The notes under the pieces: generated by a model
Seen by the model: the letters and a program-made list of their open reading frames with translations, nothing else
The model's database searches: none
Told to the model about the DNA's origin: nothing
Part shown: positions 1 through 12,502 of the stretch, piece by piece
How positions within the stretch are numbered: position 1 is the stretch's first letter
How the letters are laid out: each line of letters begins with the position of its first letter
Made by a program: the position numbers and the translations under genes
NCBI RefSeq assembly: GCF_009914755.1
Contig: NC_060928.1
Strand: one strand, 5' to 3'
Source of the DNA: the human T2T-CHM13v2.0 reference genome, Homo sapiens
Length of the DNA: 64,000 nt

Positions 1-129
1 CATGAATAGGAGTTTGAGCTAGACCACCAAGGACACCATATGAACTCTTCAGTAAGATCAAGAGGCTATCACTGAGGGTGACAGTATTTACAGGGCACAC
101 TTAAAAAGTGAGATAACAGCTTTAAGACA

Positions 130-740
130 AGTTGCAGTAATGTGGGCTTAGTTCTTTCCAGAAGCTCTCTCTAATACTTTTCCATCATGAAAAAAAGGCC
201 TATGACAAATATAGATGTGTGCTGCTTTCCAAAAATGTTTGAGAAAGAGGATCTGTGTGTTGCAAGGGATCGATTGCGGTGCGATGGGAGGTGTAGCCCT
301 CATATTTCTCTCCAAGCACACCTCCTACAAGGAGGGGAATTGGCTTCCAGCTGTCTCATGCTTCTATCTGCCACAACATTCACTTCAAGGTCACACTCTC
401 CCTGGTCTTTTCAGAGCCAATAACGTTATGACAGTGGTATGATGGTGGGACTGTTCCTGCCCAATATGGGACTCTATTTGGCAATCTTTGCTCTGAGGTT
501 TCCCATCATCCTGCCTGAGACTGTCCCAGAGCTGTACTTTAGTCTGAAGCTCCCCTTACCCAATCCTCCTTCCTGTCACTCTCCTTTCACAGGTGTAAGA
601 TGTGTACCATAATCTGAAGTTCTTCTCTGCTTGATCCTGATCCTTCTCACATAATCTTCATAGGTATTTTCTCAGAATAGATCTTGCCTGTACACATCTA
701 CCTTGACACCTGCTCCTCATAAGACATGATTTGAAAACAT
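130..740 (+). mobile_element. Old ERVL-class LTR remnant (LTR16/LTR33-like, tentative)
   Basis: Degenerate resemblance to ERVL LTR 3' halves (ctgaagctccccttacccaatcctccttcc...cctttcacaggtg...ttgacacctgctcc); termini not clean. Confidence 0.3.
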
Positions 741-1289
741 CCAACTCAAGAAAGTCAAGACAAAACTAAAAGACACAATATACCCAAAGAAATTAAAAGC
801 AAAAAAGTCAAAATTAATAATCAAATGGAATACAAAATTGAAATAGGCTCACTCAAACGAAATTATTTCTTGAAAGTATTACCAAAACTGTTGATATTCA
901 ATCAAGGTTGATGAAATAAAAACAAATTATGTAGAAATAAACTATGAAATAAAATCAACCACACTACTATTGAACACAGCCCTTTATCCATAATGTTACA
1001 ACCTGAGGTCAACTATAAGGGAGCTCTTTCTGTGCTTTGGGAAGTAAAGGCAGAATTTTAGATTTAGCCAGGGATGATAACTAATGTTCATCTACTTTGG
1101 GACATAGTTGTCCAAAATTTTTTTCAGAAATAGAGTTGTTCTTGGAGTTATCAGCCATTTGGTTAGGTATTTGGGGATAGCAAGAGAGGTTGGAAGAATC
1201 AGTAGAGGCTGTGATCACCTGAGGGTCACACAGGGAAATCTTAAGAAACTAAGAGGAACACAAAAGAAAAATAAAAATCATAAGCAATG

Positions 1290-1450
1290 AAGTAGGCTGA
1301 CATCTATGATAGCCCCCAATGATCTCTGCCTCCTGGTATTCAAACCCTTGTATAATTTCCTCCTCTTGAGTGTGAGCTGGACCAAGAAACTGTTTTCTAA
1401 CACATAGAATATGACAGCATTCTTGGAATATCACTTCTATGATTAGGTTA
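1290..1450 (+). mobile_element. MaLR MLT1-type LTR 5' fragment
   Basis: gcccccaatgatctctgcctcctggtattcaaacccttgtataatttcctcctcttgagtgtgagctggacc resembles the MLT1G/H start. Confidence 0.55.
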
Positions 1451-2649
1451 CAAACTTCCCAGAGCAGAAACCTATAAATAGAAACCTCTGTGGGAACCAG
1501 TGCCTTGGTAGGGAAACCTAAACTGTGATTGATGAATTGCTATCAGTTCAGTGTGGACAAGTCTGAGAGATAAAATCTCTGGGGGAATCCAGTCATCAGG
1601 GGCCCTGAGATTTTTATCAATTTTACCTTTTGGAGATTTACCACATTCTCACAGTGAATATCAGAGACAATTTCCTTCATGCTTCCAGCAGAAGAAAGGG
1701 AAAATAAACTATTTGGAAATATTCCAGAGCATTCTGCTCTTCTTAACAAAGTCTGGCCTCAAGAGGAAAAACTATTGAATTAGAGCCTAACCTGCTGGGG
1801 TTTTCCAAACCTAACTGACCTGAGAAAAGGAAAATACCCAAATCCAGTTGGTTCTAGCTTTTAATTTGGAGGGAGGGAAATACTCAATTCCAGCCCTCTC
1901 TAGCCTTCCATGTAGGAGAAATAATATACTATCTCCAGCTCCCTCCAGCCTGTCCCACTAATGAGGAGAAGGTGACTGAGAAGCACTTACAAAGTTAACA
2001 GTCTAGAAGCAGAGAATTGCTGAAAGACTGAGACCTAGTCATGGAACCGAAGACTACTTTTCCTGTGGCCACCCGCACCCCCCCATATCTTATCATCACA
2101 TTATAACAGCCCTATTTACAATAGTTTCTTTTATTAAGTATATCACGACTGGCTATCAAGAAAAATTAAGAAGGGATACGAAATGGCAAAAACACATAGT
2201 TTAAGGAAACAGAACAAGTGAAAGAACCAGACCCTGATATGGTAGGGATGTTGGAATTATCAAACTTGTAAAACAAAACAGCTACAATTAATAAGTCAGA
2301 GGGCTCCAACAGATTTAAAATAGACTGCATGCAAGAACAGTTGAACAATGTAAGCAGAGAGATGGAAATTCTAAGAAAGAATTTTAAAAATGCTAGACAT
2401 CAGAAACTGCAACAGAAATGAAGAATGACTTTGATGGACTTATTTGTAGACTGAAATTTCTGAGCTTGAAGATATCTCAACAGAAAACTCCAAAACTGGA
2501 AAGCAAAGAAAAAAGAATGAAAAAAAAAAGCCCATAGCAGTACATCCAAGAACTGTAGGGCAACTACAGAAGATATAATATATGTATGTAGGGTGTAACA
2601 CCAGAAGAAGAAGAAAATGAAAAAGGAACAGAGGAATACTTGAAATGCA

Positions 2650-3432
2650 GGAACATAAATTAGTACAACAACTATGGAAAGCAGTATGGAGAGTCTTCAA
2701 AAATTTAAAATTAGAAATAGAACCATGAAATTCTCTAGCAATCCCACTACTGAATATATATATATATATATATATATAATGAAATACATATGTCAAAAAG
2801 ATATTGGCACTTCCATGTTTTTTGCAGCATTATTCACAATAGTCAAGAAGATAAGGAATCAATGTAAGTGTCTATCAATGGATAAATGGTTAAAAAATGT
2901 GATAGGCACACACACATACACACACACACACAGTGGAGTGCTATTCAGCCTTAAAAAAGAAGGAAATTCTGTCATTTGTAACAACATAAGTAAGTCTGGA
3001 GAACAGTGTTATATTAAGTTAAATAAGTCAGGCACAGAAAGACAAATACTGCATGATATCACTTAAATGTGGAATGTAAAAATTAAACTCATAGAAACAG
3101 AGTGTTATTAATAAATAGGGGTTCAGAGGAAGAGGATCATGGTTTTCAGAAGACATTCGTCATAGGACACCAAATTTTAGTTAAATAGGAAGAATAAATT
3201 CAAAGGATCTATTGTACAGCATGGTGACTACAGATAATAGCAATATACTGTACACTTGAACATCTATGAGAGTGTAGATTGCAAATGCTGTCACTGCACA
3301 CAAAAAAACAAGTATGTGAGGTAATACACAGGTTAATAAGCTTGACTTAGCTATTTTATAATGCATACATATATCAAAACAACAGGTTTTATACCATAAA
3401 TATATACCTTTTTGTCAATTTAAAAAGAAATA
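2650..3432 (+). mobile_element. L1MA-type 3' end fragment with (TA)n and (CA)n tracts
   Basis: ORF2 C-terminal (SMFFAALFTIVK) and 3'UTR motifs (aagtcaggcacagaaagacaaatactgcatgat; gaggtaatacacaggttaataagcttgacttagc), ending in an A-rich tail. Confidence 0.75.
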
Positions 3433-4870
3433 AAAGAGAAACATTACTACAGGTCCCAAGGACATTAAAAGCAAAATAAAGGAATACAATACTATGTACT
3501 ATTCTATGCCCACAAATTTTATAACTACAAGGAAATAAAACAATTTCTGTGAGGATACAAGCTAACAAAGCTCACAAGAGAAGAAATAAACATTACACAT
3601 ATTGAATAAATTGAAACAAGAATTAATAACATTCCAAAACAGAAAGCACAAGGCCCAATTCGATTCATTGATGAATTCGGCAGCATGTTATTTAATACAA
3701 GAAGAAATTATATGAATTATGTACAATTTCTTCCAGAAGACAAATTACTTCTGAGAGATTATGAATTCCTTCTAGGAGACATCACCTTAATACCCAAGCC
3801 AGAGTAAGACATTACATGATAATACAATTATAGATGACTGTCACTCCTGAACATAGATGCAGAAATCTTTGACAAAATATTAACAAATAGAACCCAATAA
3901 TACAGATTACAAAATTGTACACTATGACTAAGATTTATTTCACATATGCAAAGCTGGTTCAGTATTGATAAATCAACTAATGTAACTGATCACATCAACA
4001 GGCTAAGGAGGAAAAAATTGCTTGTTTATATCAATAGAATCAGGAAAGGTATTTGACAAAAGAACATGACTCTCAGCAAATCAGAAAAAGAGAAAAACTT
4101 TCTCAGCTTGATAAATATCTACAAAAAAACAAAAACCACACACCAAAACTAATGGTGAGAAAACAGAAGCTTTTCCAACAAGATCAGGAAAAAGGTGAAG
4201 ATGTTCCTTATGACCTCTGCTTTTTCACCTCATACTGAAGAAGCAAAAGATTCAAAATACCCAGCAAAATGCTGAAAGGGAAAAGAGACTGAGGAATGAC
4301 ACACTTCCCAACCTCAAGACTTACTATAAAGCTAAAGTAAGCAAGACAGTGTAGTATTAGAGAAATAACTGACAAATAGATCAATGAAACATGAAAAAGC
4401 TCAGAAATACACTTACATAAATAGAATTAATTTATCTTTGACAAAGGAGCAAAGACAATATAATAGAGAAAAGATAGTTCTTTCAACAAATGGTGGAACA
4501 ACTAAACGTTCACAGGAAAAAATAAAAATAAATAAATCCAGATGCAGATCTTACACGCCTCATAAAATTAATTCAAAATGGATCATAGACCCAAATGTAA
4601 AATGCAAAACTATAAAACTCTTAAAAGATAATGCAGGAGAAAACGGCTGTGATGACTTCCTGGAATGGTGATGACTTTTTAGATTATGACAACAAAGGCA
4701 TGAGCCATGAAAGAAATAATTGATAAGGTGAACTAAATTAAAATGAAAAACTTCTGCTCTGTGCATGACAATGTCAAGAGAATGAAAAGACAAGCCACAG
4801 AACAGAAAACAAGGTTTGCCAAAGATACATCTAATGAAGGATGCTTATCCAAAATGTAAAAGTACCACTT

Positions 4871-5188
4871 GGCCGGGTGTGGTGGTTTACCTGTAATCCC
4901 AGCACTTAGGGAGGCCGAGGTAGGTTGATTGCTTGAGCTCAGGAGTTCAAGACCAGCCTGGGCAACATGGCAAAACCCTGTCTCTACAAAAAATATATAA
5001 AAATTAGCCTGGTGTGGTGGCACATGCCTATAGTCCCAGCTGCTTCCTGGGGCTGAGGTGGGAGGATCACTTAAGCCCAGATAGTTGAGGCTGCAGTAAG
5101 CCAAGATTGTGCCAGTGCACTACATCCAGGGTGACGAAGTTAGACTCTATCTCAAAAATAAAATAAAATAAAATAAAATAAAATAAAA
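4871..5188 (+). mobile_element. Alu, AluJ-type, with (AAAAT)n tail
   Basis: Dimeric Alu starting ggccgggtgtggtgg; J diagnostics gattgcttgagctcaggag, ggaggatcactt and gaggctgcagt. Confidence 0.92.
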
Positions 5189-5741
5189 TGTCTTAAAATT
5201 CAACAATAAATAATCTAATTTAAAAATGGGTTAAAAACCTTATCAAATACCTCATCAAAATACATAGTAATGGCAAATAAGCATGGGAAAAGATGCTCCT
5301 TAACATACATCATCAGGAAAAGCCAAATTTAAAAAACCATGAGATATCATCAAACATCTATTAGAATGGCCAAAACTCAGAAGACTGACAATGCCAAATG
5401 CTGATAAAAATGTGACCAATGAAATCTCCAATTCATTGCTGCTGGAATTTCAGAATTGTACAGTCCTATTAGAGGACATTTGGTGACTTCTTTCAAAACT
5501 AAACATAATCTTACCTTACAATATAGCCATTGCACTGGTTGCTATTTACCCCCAAAAGTTGAACATTTATGTCCACACACATGTTTACATAAGTTTTATT
5601 CATAATTTTCAAAGCTTAGAGGCAAGCAAGATGCCCTTCAGTAAGTGAATGGAGAAAGAAACCATCAAACTCAGACAATGAACTATTATTCAGTGACAAA
5701 AAGAAATGAGCCAGGAAAAGACATGGAGAAACTTAATATTT

Positions 5742-6174
5742 TGTCTTAGTCTATTTTCTGTTGCTTATTACATAGTTATTGACATTAGGTAATTTATAAG
5801 AAAAAATGACTTTATTTTATGACTTTATTTATGGAAGCCGAGAGGTTCAAGGTCAAAGGGCAACCTCTGATGAGGGCCTGCTTGCTGGCAGGGACCCTCA
5901 GCAGAGTCTTGAGGTGGTACAGAGCATCACATGGTGAGGGGACTAAGCATGCTAGATAATGTCTCTTTTCCTCTTCTCATAAAGCCGTTAAAACTAATGC
6001 CATGATAACTCATTATTCCACCAACCCACTAATTTATTAACCTGTGAATGGATTAATCCATTCATGAGAGCAGAGCCCTCATGATTCAGTCACTTGTTAA
6101 AGGCCCCCGTTTTTCAATGCTGCCACATTTCAACAAGAATTTTGGAGGGAATAAACATGCAAACTACAACAGCA
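5742..6174 (-). mobile_element. MaLR MST-family solo LTR
   Basis: Bounded by tgtcttagtc...acagca; internal ggcaacctctgatgagggcctg and agagccctcatgattcagtcacttgttaaaggcccc motifs; interrupts an L1MC 3' region. Confidence 0.75.
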
Positions 6175-6568
6175 TAATACTAAGTAAAAGAAGTCCATCT
6201 AAAAAGGCTACGTAAGCATATGAATATATGCTAGATATCATAGGTCATCAGAGAAAGGAAGATTAGAACTGCAATGAGATATCACTACATACCTATTCAA
6301 ATGTTCAAAATCTAGAACATTGACAACACCAAATGATGGCAAGGATGTCAAACAACAAAGACTCATTCATTGATGATGGAATGCAAATTTCTACAGCCAC
6401 TTTGAAAGACAATTTAGCAGTTTCGTATAAGAATAAACATGCTTTTAGCATATAATGCAGTGTTTATGCTCCTTGCTATATCAACAGGAGGAAAACATGT
6501 CCACAGAAAACCCTGAAAGTGAATGTTGATAGCAACTGCATTCATAATTGCTGAAACTTTTAAGCAAC

Positions 6569-7048
6569 TGCTATGGTTTGGATGTGGTTTGTGGCCACCA
6601 AAACTCACTGACATTTGATCTGTCGAGGTAATGTTGGGAAGTGGTAATGTTAGGAAGTGGCAATGTTGGGAGGTGGCAGTGCTGGGAAGTGAGGTTATTG
6701 GAAGTTATTTAAGTCATAGGAGTAGATCCCACAAGACTAGATTAATCTCCTCCCTCAGAGGTGAATGAGTTCTCACTCTTGTGATAATAATTTAGTCCCC
6801 TAAAACACAGGTTGTTAAAGGGTCTGGCTTCTTCAGTTTTTCTTGCTCCCTGTCTTGCCATGTGTGATCTCTTTGTATGAGCCAATCTGTTTTCTGCTAT
6901 GAGTTGAAGCCTCATGAGGCACTCACCAGATGTAGCTGCTATTCTTGGACTTTGCAGCCACTGGAATCATGAGCCAAATAAATCTCTTATTTAAATAAAT
7001 TACCCAGCCTCAGGTATTCTGTTATAGCAACACAAATGTACTAAGACA
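6569..7048 (+). mobile_element. MaLR MSTB-like solo LTR
   Basis: Starts tgctatggtttggatgtgg, ends gttatagcaacacaaatgtactaagaca; near-TSD gcaac/acaac. Confidence 0.85.
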
Positions 7049-8861
7049 ACAACCAAGATGTCCTTCAGGAGGTGGATGGATAAACTGCAATACATCCAGC
7101 CAATGAGTTATCAAGACATGAAAAGACATGAGGGAACATAAATGCATATTACTAGCTTTTCAAAACTACTCTGAAAAGGCTACATATTGTATGATTCCAA
7201 TTATAAGATATTCTAGAAAAGACAAACTGTGGAGACATAAAAACATCCGTGGGTTCCAGGGATTAGGAGAGGGAGAAATGAATAAACAGATTATAGAGGA
7301 TTCTTAGGGCATCAAATGTAGTCCGTAAAATACTATAATCATGGCTACAATTGTTATACATTTCTTCAAACCTATAGGTGTATATTACCAAGCTGAACCC
7401 TTACATAACTATTGACTTTGGGTGATAATGATGTGTCAATGTGAGTTCATCTGTTATAACAAATGTACTACTCTGATGGATTACAGTGATAATGGGGGAA
7501 GTTATCCATGTTTGTAGGTGGAGGGGCAAGGAGTATTCGAGAATTCTCCATACCTTCTATTCAATTTTGCTGTGAATCTAAGCATTTTAAATAATTTGAA
7601 TTTATTTTGCATCTACAAAACTGAAAGAATGATCATTTTAATAAATGAAAAATGCATATTAATGACTTAATAGTCAACATTGTAATCTGTAGCATTGTGA
7701 AAGATCTATGAACTCTACAATCATGCACACCTGTATTTAAGGCTTTCTGTGCCATATGATTTTTAAGACTATGGGCAAAGATTTAACCTTTGTGACCATC
7801 GATTTGCCCACACATAATAGCAAGATCAAAATAACACCTGAGAATTGAAGGGAAAGATAATGAGATGGAAAGTTTAGGTAATATAGATGCAGGATGAAAA
7901 AAGGCCTTAATATACATTAATTTCCTGCTAACTACATCTTCAAAATCTATTTATTAGGAGCTGAAACTATTTTTATTTCAAGTTGAAATTTGACATTTAG
8001 ATTTTCTAAATCTCTGCTTTTATTTGGAAAGTTATTAGCCCCCTAGAATTAACAATCAAAGGAAAACCTTTACCCAGCATAGTTACAGGGTGGAATGTAT
8101 AATTCAATAATGTTTTCACTGAAATTAATTAAAATTCATCTTACTTATGTAGTCAAATTTCTTCTGCAAAGATATTTCAGAACCTGCTTACAGCCATTCA
8201 CTGGGTGATTTGTCAATTGCTTTTTTGTTTATTTTTTAAAGAACATTTTGAGAAAGGTCTCATGTAAATACATAATTATGTTTTCCTGAGAATTTTTCAG
8301 AATAAACAGAGAGGGAAAATTAAATTCTTCACAAGTAGAAGGCCAAGCATTCACTGACAGTTCAATAATGATAGACATTTCTGAATTAAATGTTTAATAT
8401 AAATGTAGAAAGTGAAAGGAAGTTGTGTAAAATAATGTGTCAGCTTTAAAGAACCTGGTAACTGTTCAAGGATTAAAAACAAAATAATTGTTAAAGTTGC
8501 TCTTCAATCTCTAAGCTAAATGAAGAAAGCCTCAAAATCTGCTGAGTAACAAGGCAGAGAGTGCCAGAAATTCCTGAGAAATGACATGTAAATGAGTTAG
8601 CTAGGTAATGGCTGGAATGCCTAGGTTGCAACCTCCTCATATAGATCTTGTTGTTTTGTAGATGCCATGTTTCTTATTTAACTACCTTCTGTTAAACATC
8701 TAGATTATATCTAATCCTTTCCTAGAAGGTTTTTACATACTTTTTAACATACGTAATTATTCAAACTTTAATTGCCTTCTAAAGTTACACATGGACTGTG
8801 GTTTCACTATAGTTCCTAAAACTGAGTACTCCATTACTTTGATTTTTTTTTTTAGTTTTTT

Positions 8862-9422
8862 GTATCTACCATTCAATCCAACAATCCCAACAACTAGGTA
8901 TCTACCCAAAGAAAAATAAGTCATTAAATAAAAAAGACACCTGCATTTGTATGTTTATTGTAGTACAATTTACACATAAAATATATGGAATCAACCTAAG
9001 TACCAAACTACCAATAAGTGGATAAAGAAAATGTGGTATACTTATACCATGGAATACTACTTAGCCACAAAAAAGATAAAAATAATGTCTTTTGCAGCAA
9101 GTTGGGTGGAATTGGAAGCTATTATCCTAAGTGAAGTAACGCAGGAACAGAAAAACCAAATACTACATGTTTTTACTTATAAATGGGAGCTAAGCTCTGG
9201 ATATGAAAAGGCATACAGAATTGTATAATGAACATTGGAGACTCAGAAGGGGGAAGGGTGGGAGAAGGGTGAGAGATTAAAAATCACCTATTGTGTGCAA
9301 TGTACACTATTCAGGGGAGGGGTACACCAAAAGCCCAGACTTCACCATGTTACAATTTATCCATATAAGAAAAAACCAGTTGTACCCCTAAAGTTATTGA
9401 AATTTATAAAAAGAAAAAAGCT
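8862..9422 (+). mobile_element. 5'-truncated L1 3' end (L1PB/L1MA-type)
   Basis: MWYTYTMEYY...WVELEAIILSEVTQEQK-like sequence and L1 3'UTR with A-rich end. Confidence 0.85.
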
Positions 9423-9677
9423 GTAATTTTAAAGATATTTCTTTATAGCAGAATGACATTAAAAGTATTGAAAATTCTACATGAAAATATGATAGCAGAT
9501 TTCCTACTTAGTTTACATTGACTAAAACCAGGTGGATAATTTAGAAGCTAATACCAAGAAATAGTAACATTATTTTGCATTATTTTTTAAATGTTCTGTT
9601 CTTTATATTTAAATCCAGTTACCAATATTAATGTTGTTAATGTTGAAAATATGAGTATCTGTTTTGTTGTAGCTATA

Positions 9678-10091
9678 TGTCAGGCCTCTGACCCCAAGCT
9701 AAGCCATCATATCCCCTGTGACCTGCACGTACACATCCAGATGGCTGGTTCCTGCCTTAACTGATGACATTCCACCACTAAGGAAATGAAAATGGCCAGT
9801 TCCTGCCTTAACTGATGGCATTATCTTGTGAAATTCCTTCTCCTGGCTCATCCTGGCTCAAAAGCTCCCCTACTGAGCACCTTGTGACCCCCACTCCTGC
9901 CCACCAGAGAACAACCCCCGTTTGACTGTAATTTTCCTTTACCTACCCAAATCTTATAAAACGGCCCCACCCCTATCTCCCTTCGCTGACTCTCTTTTTG
10001 GACTCAGCCCACCTGCACCCGGGTGAAATAAACAGCCTTGTTGCTCACACAAAACCTGTTTGGTGGTCTCTTCACATGGAAGTGCATGAAA
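9678..10091 (+). promoter_or_regulatory. 5' LTR7 (TATA-like TATAAAA ~9955-9961, AATAAA ~10027)
   Basis: 414 bp, tgtcagg...catgaaa, direct repeat of 15490-15902; contains the duplicated U3 unit ttcctgccttaactgatg. Confidence 0.95.
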
Positions 10092-10093
10092 TT

Positions 10094-10111
10094 TGGTGCT
10101 GTGACTCGGAT
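10094..10111 (+). promoter_or_regulatory. Primer-binding site complementary to tRNA-His
   Basis: TGGTGCTGTGACTCGGAT just 3' of the LTR; one C>T change from the His PBS TGGTGCCGTGACTCGGAT. Confidence 0.92.
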
Positions 10112-10644
10112 CGGGGGACCTCCCTTGGGAGATCAATCCCCTGTCCTCCTGTTCTTTGCTCCGTGAAAAAGATCCACCTACGACCTCAGGTCCTTAGACC
10201 CACCAGCCCAAGGAACATCTCACCAATTTAAAATCAGCTAAGTGGTCTCTTCATACTCTCTTCTCCAACCTCTCTCACTATCCCTCAACCACTTTTTCCT
10301 TTCAATCTTGGTGCCACCCTTCAATCTCTCCCTTCGCTTAATTTCAATTCTTTTCATTTTCTGGTATAGACAAAGGAGACACATTTTATCCGTGGACCCA
10401 AAACTCCGGCGCCGGTCACGGACTTGGGAAGGCAGACTTCCCTTGGTGTTTAATCATTGTAGGGATGCCTCTCTGATTATTCACCCATGTTTCAGAGGTG
10501 TCTCACCACGCAGGGATGCCTGCCTTGGTCCTTCACCCTTAGCAGCAAGTCCTGCTTTTCTGGGGGAGGGGCAAGGAACCCGACCCCTTCTCTCCCTGTC
10601 TCTACCCATTCTCTGCTTTTCTGGGGGGCAAGAACCCCCCAATC

Positions 10645-10856
10645 CCTTTTTTCTGTGCCCTGATCCCTTATTTCTGTGCCCTGACCTCTTATCTCTGTGC
10701 CCCGATCCCTTATTTCCACACCCCGACCTCTTATCTCTGCACCCCATCCCTTATTTCCATGCCCCGACCTCTTATCTCTGCACCCCAATCCCTTATTTCC
10801 GTGCCCCGACCTCTTATCTCTGTGCCTCAACCCCTTATTTCCATGCCCTGACCCCT
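10645..10856 (+). repeat. HERV-H leader minisatellite, ~10 degenerate 20-21-bp units alternating ccttatttc / tcttatctc
   Basis: Directly visible; produces repetitive pseudo-ORFs (CPDPLFLCPDLLSL). Confidence 0.85.
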
Positions 10857-10944
10857 TTTCTGCTTTTCTAGGGGGCAAGAACCCCCCAACCCCTTCTCTC
10901 CGTGTCTCTACTCTCTCTTTTCTCTTGGTTTGCCTCTTTCGCTA

Positions 10945-12150
10945 TGGGCAAGCTTCCGCCTTCCATTCCCCCTTCTTCTCACCTTAGCCTGTGTTCTTAA
11001 AAACCTAAAACCTCTTCAACTCACACCTGACCTAAAACCTAAATGCCTTATTTTCTTCTGCAATGCCACTTGACCCCAATATAAATTTGACAGTGGTTCC
11101 AAATAGCCAGAAAATGGCACTTTCAATTTTTCCATCCTACAAGATCTAAATAATTCTTGTCATAAAATGGGCAAACGGTCTGAGGTGTCTGATGTCCAGG
11201 CATTCTTTTACACATCAGTCCCTCCCTAGTCTCTGTTCCCAATCCAACTCGTCCCAAATATTCTGTCTTTCCCTCCCGCCTGTCCCCTCAGTCCCAACCC
11301 CAAGTGTCACTGAGTCTTTCTAATCTTCCTTTTCTATGGACCCATTTGACCTCTCCCCTCCTTGCCAGGCTGAGCTAGGTCCCAATTCTTCCTCAGCCTC
11401 TTTTCCTCCACCCTATAATCCTTTTATCACCTCCCCTCCTCACACCTGGTCTGGCTTACAGTTTTGTTCCATGACTAGCCCTCCCCCACCTGCCCAGCAA
11501 TTTCCTCTTAAAAAGGTGGCTGGAGCTAAAGGCATAAGTCAAGGTTAATGCTCCTTTTTCTTTATCCTAAATCAGAGAGCGTTTAGGCTCTTTTTCATCA
11601 AATATAAAAACCCAGCCCAGTTCATGGCTCATTTTGCAGCAACCCTGAGATGCTTTACAGCCCTAGACCCTGAAAGGTCAAAAGGCCGTCTTATTATCAA
11701 TATACATTTTATTACCCAATCTGCTCCTGACATTAAATAAAACTCCAAAAATTAAATTCTGGCCCTCAAACCCCACAACAGGACTTAATTAACCTCACCT
11801 TCAAGGTGTACAATAACAGAAAAAAGTTGCAATTCCTTGCCTCCACAGTGAGACAAACCCCAGCCACATCTCCAGCACACAAGAACTTCCAAACGCCTGA
11901 ACCACAGTGGCCAGGCATTCCTCCAGGCCCGCCTCCCCCAGGAGCTTGCTACAAGTGCCAGAAATTTGGCCACCAGGCCAAGGAATGCCCACAGCCCAGG
12001 TTTCCTCCTAAGCCATGTCCCATCTGTATGGGACCCCACTGAAAATCGAACTGTTCAACTCAGCTGGCAGCCACTCCCAGAGCCCCTGGAACTCTGGCCC
12101 AAGGCTCTCTGACTGACTCCTTCCCAGATCTCCTTGACTTAGTGGCTGAA
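10945..12150 (+). pseudogene. gag: HERV-H gag remnant with frameshifts and stops; nucleocapsid CCHC knuckles
   Basis: ORF 11806-12042 encodes CYKCQKFGHQAKEC; a second knuckle CPICMGPH*KSNC is broken by TGA at 12040-12042. Confidence 0.8.
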
Positions 12151-12189
12151 GACTGACACTGCCCGATTGCTTCAGAAGACCCCTAGACC

Positions 12190-12480
12190 ATCAGGGACGC
12201 CGAGCTTCGGGTAACTCTCACAGTGGAGGGTAAGTCCGTCCCCTTCTTAATCAATACCTAGGCTACCCACTCCACATTACCTTCTTTTCAAGGGCCTGTT
12301 TCCCTTGCCTCCATAACTGTTGTAGGTATTGATGGCCAGGCTTCTAAACCTCTTAAAACTCCCCAACTCTGGTGCCAACTTAGTTATCCCCACCTGCCCA
12401 GTTCCCTTATTAGGCTGAGACACTTTAAATAAATTATCTGTTTCCCTGACTATTCATGGGCCACACCTCATTGCTGCCCT
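12190..12480 (+). pseudogene. pro: HERV-H protease remnant
   Basis: VTLTVEGKSVPFLINT*ATHSTL: the aspartyl DTG motif reads NT plus stop (~12253-12261). Confidence 0.75.
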
Positions 12481-12502
12481 TCTTCCCAATCCAAAACTTC
12501 CT

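Larger units (their letters stand above)
1451..7600 (+). mobile_element. Old mammalian LINE-1 (L1M/L1MC-type), fragmented: 5'UTR/ORF1 remnant ~1450-2650, ORF2 remnant ~3440-4860, 3' pieces ~5190-5740 and ~6180-7600
   Basis: ORF2-like translations (KINSKWIIDPNVKCKTIKLL at 4384-4671); L1MC-type 3'UTR (ttgactttgggtgataatgatgtgtcaatgtgagttcatc); interrupted by an L1MA piece, an Alu and two MST LTRs. Confidence 0.7.

Noticed and set aside
10242-10987. 209-aa ORF and neighbours in the HERV-H leader
   Set aside because: Open frames come from the pyrimidine-rich leader and its minisatellite; no retroviral protein motifs.
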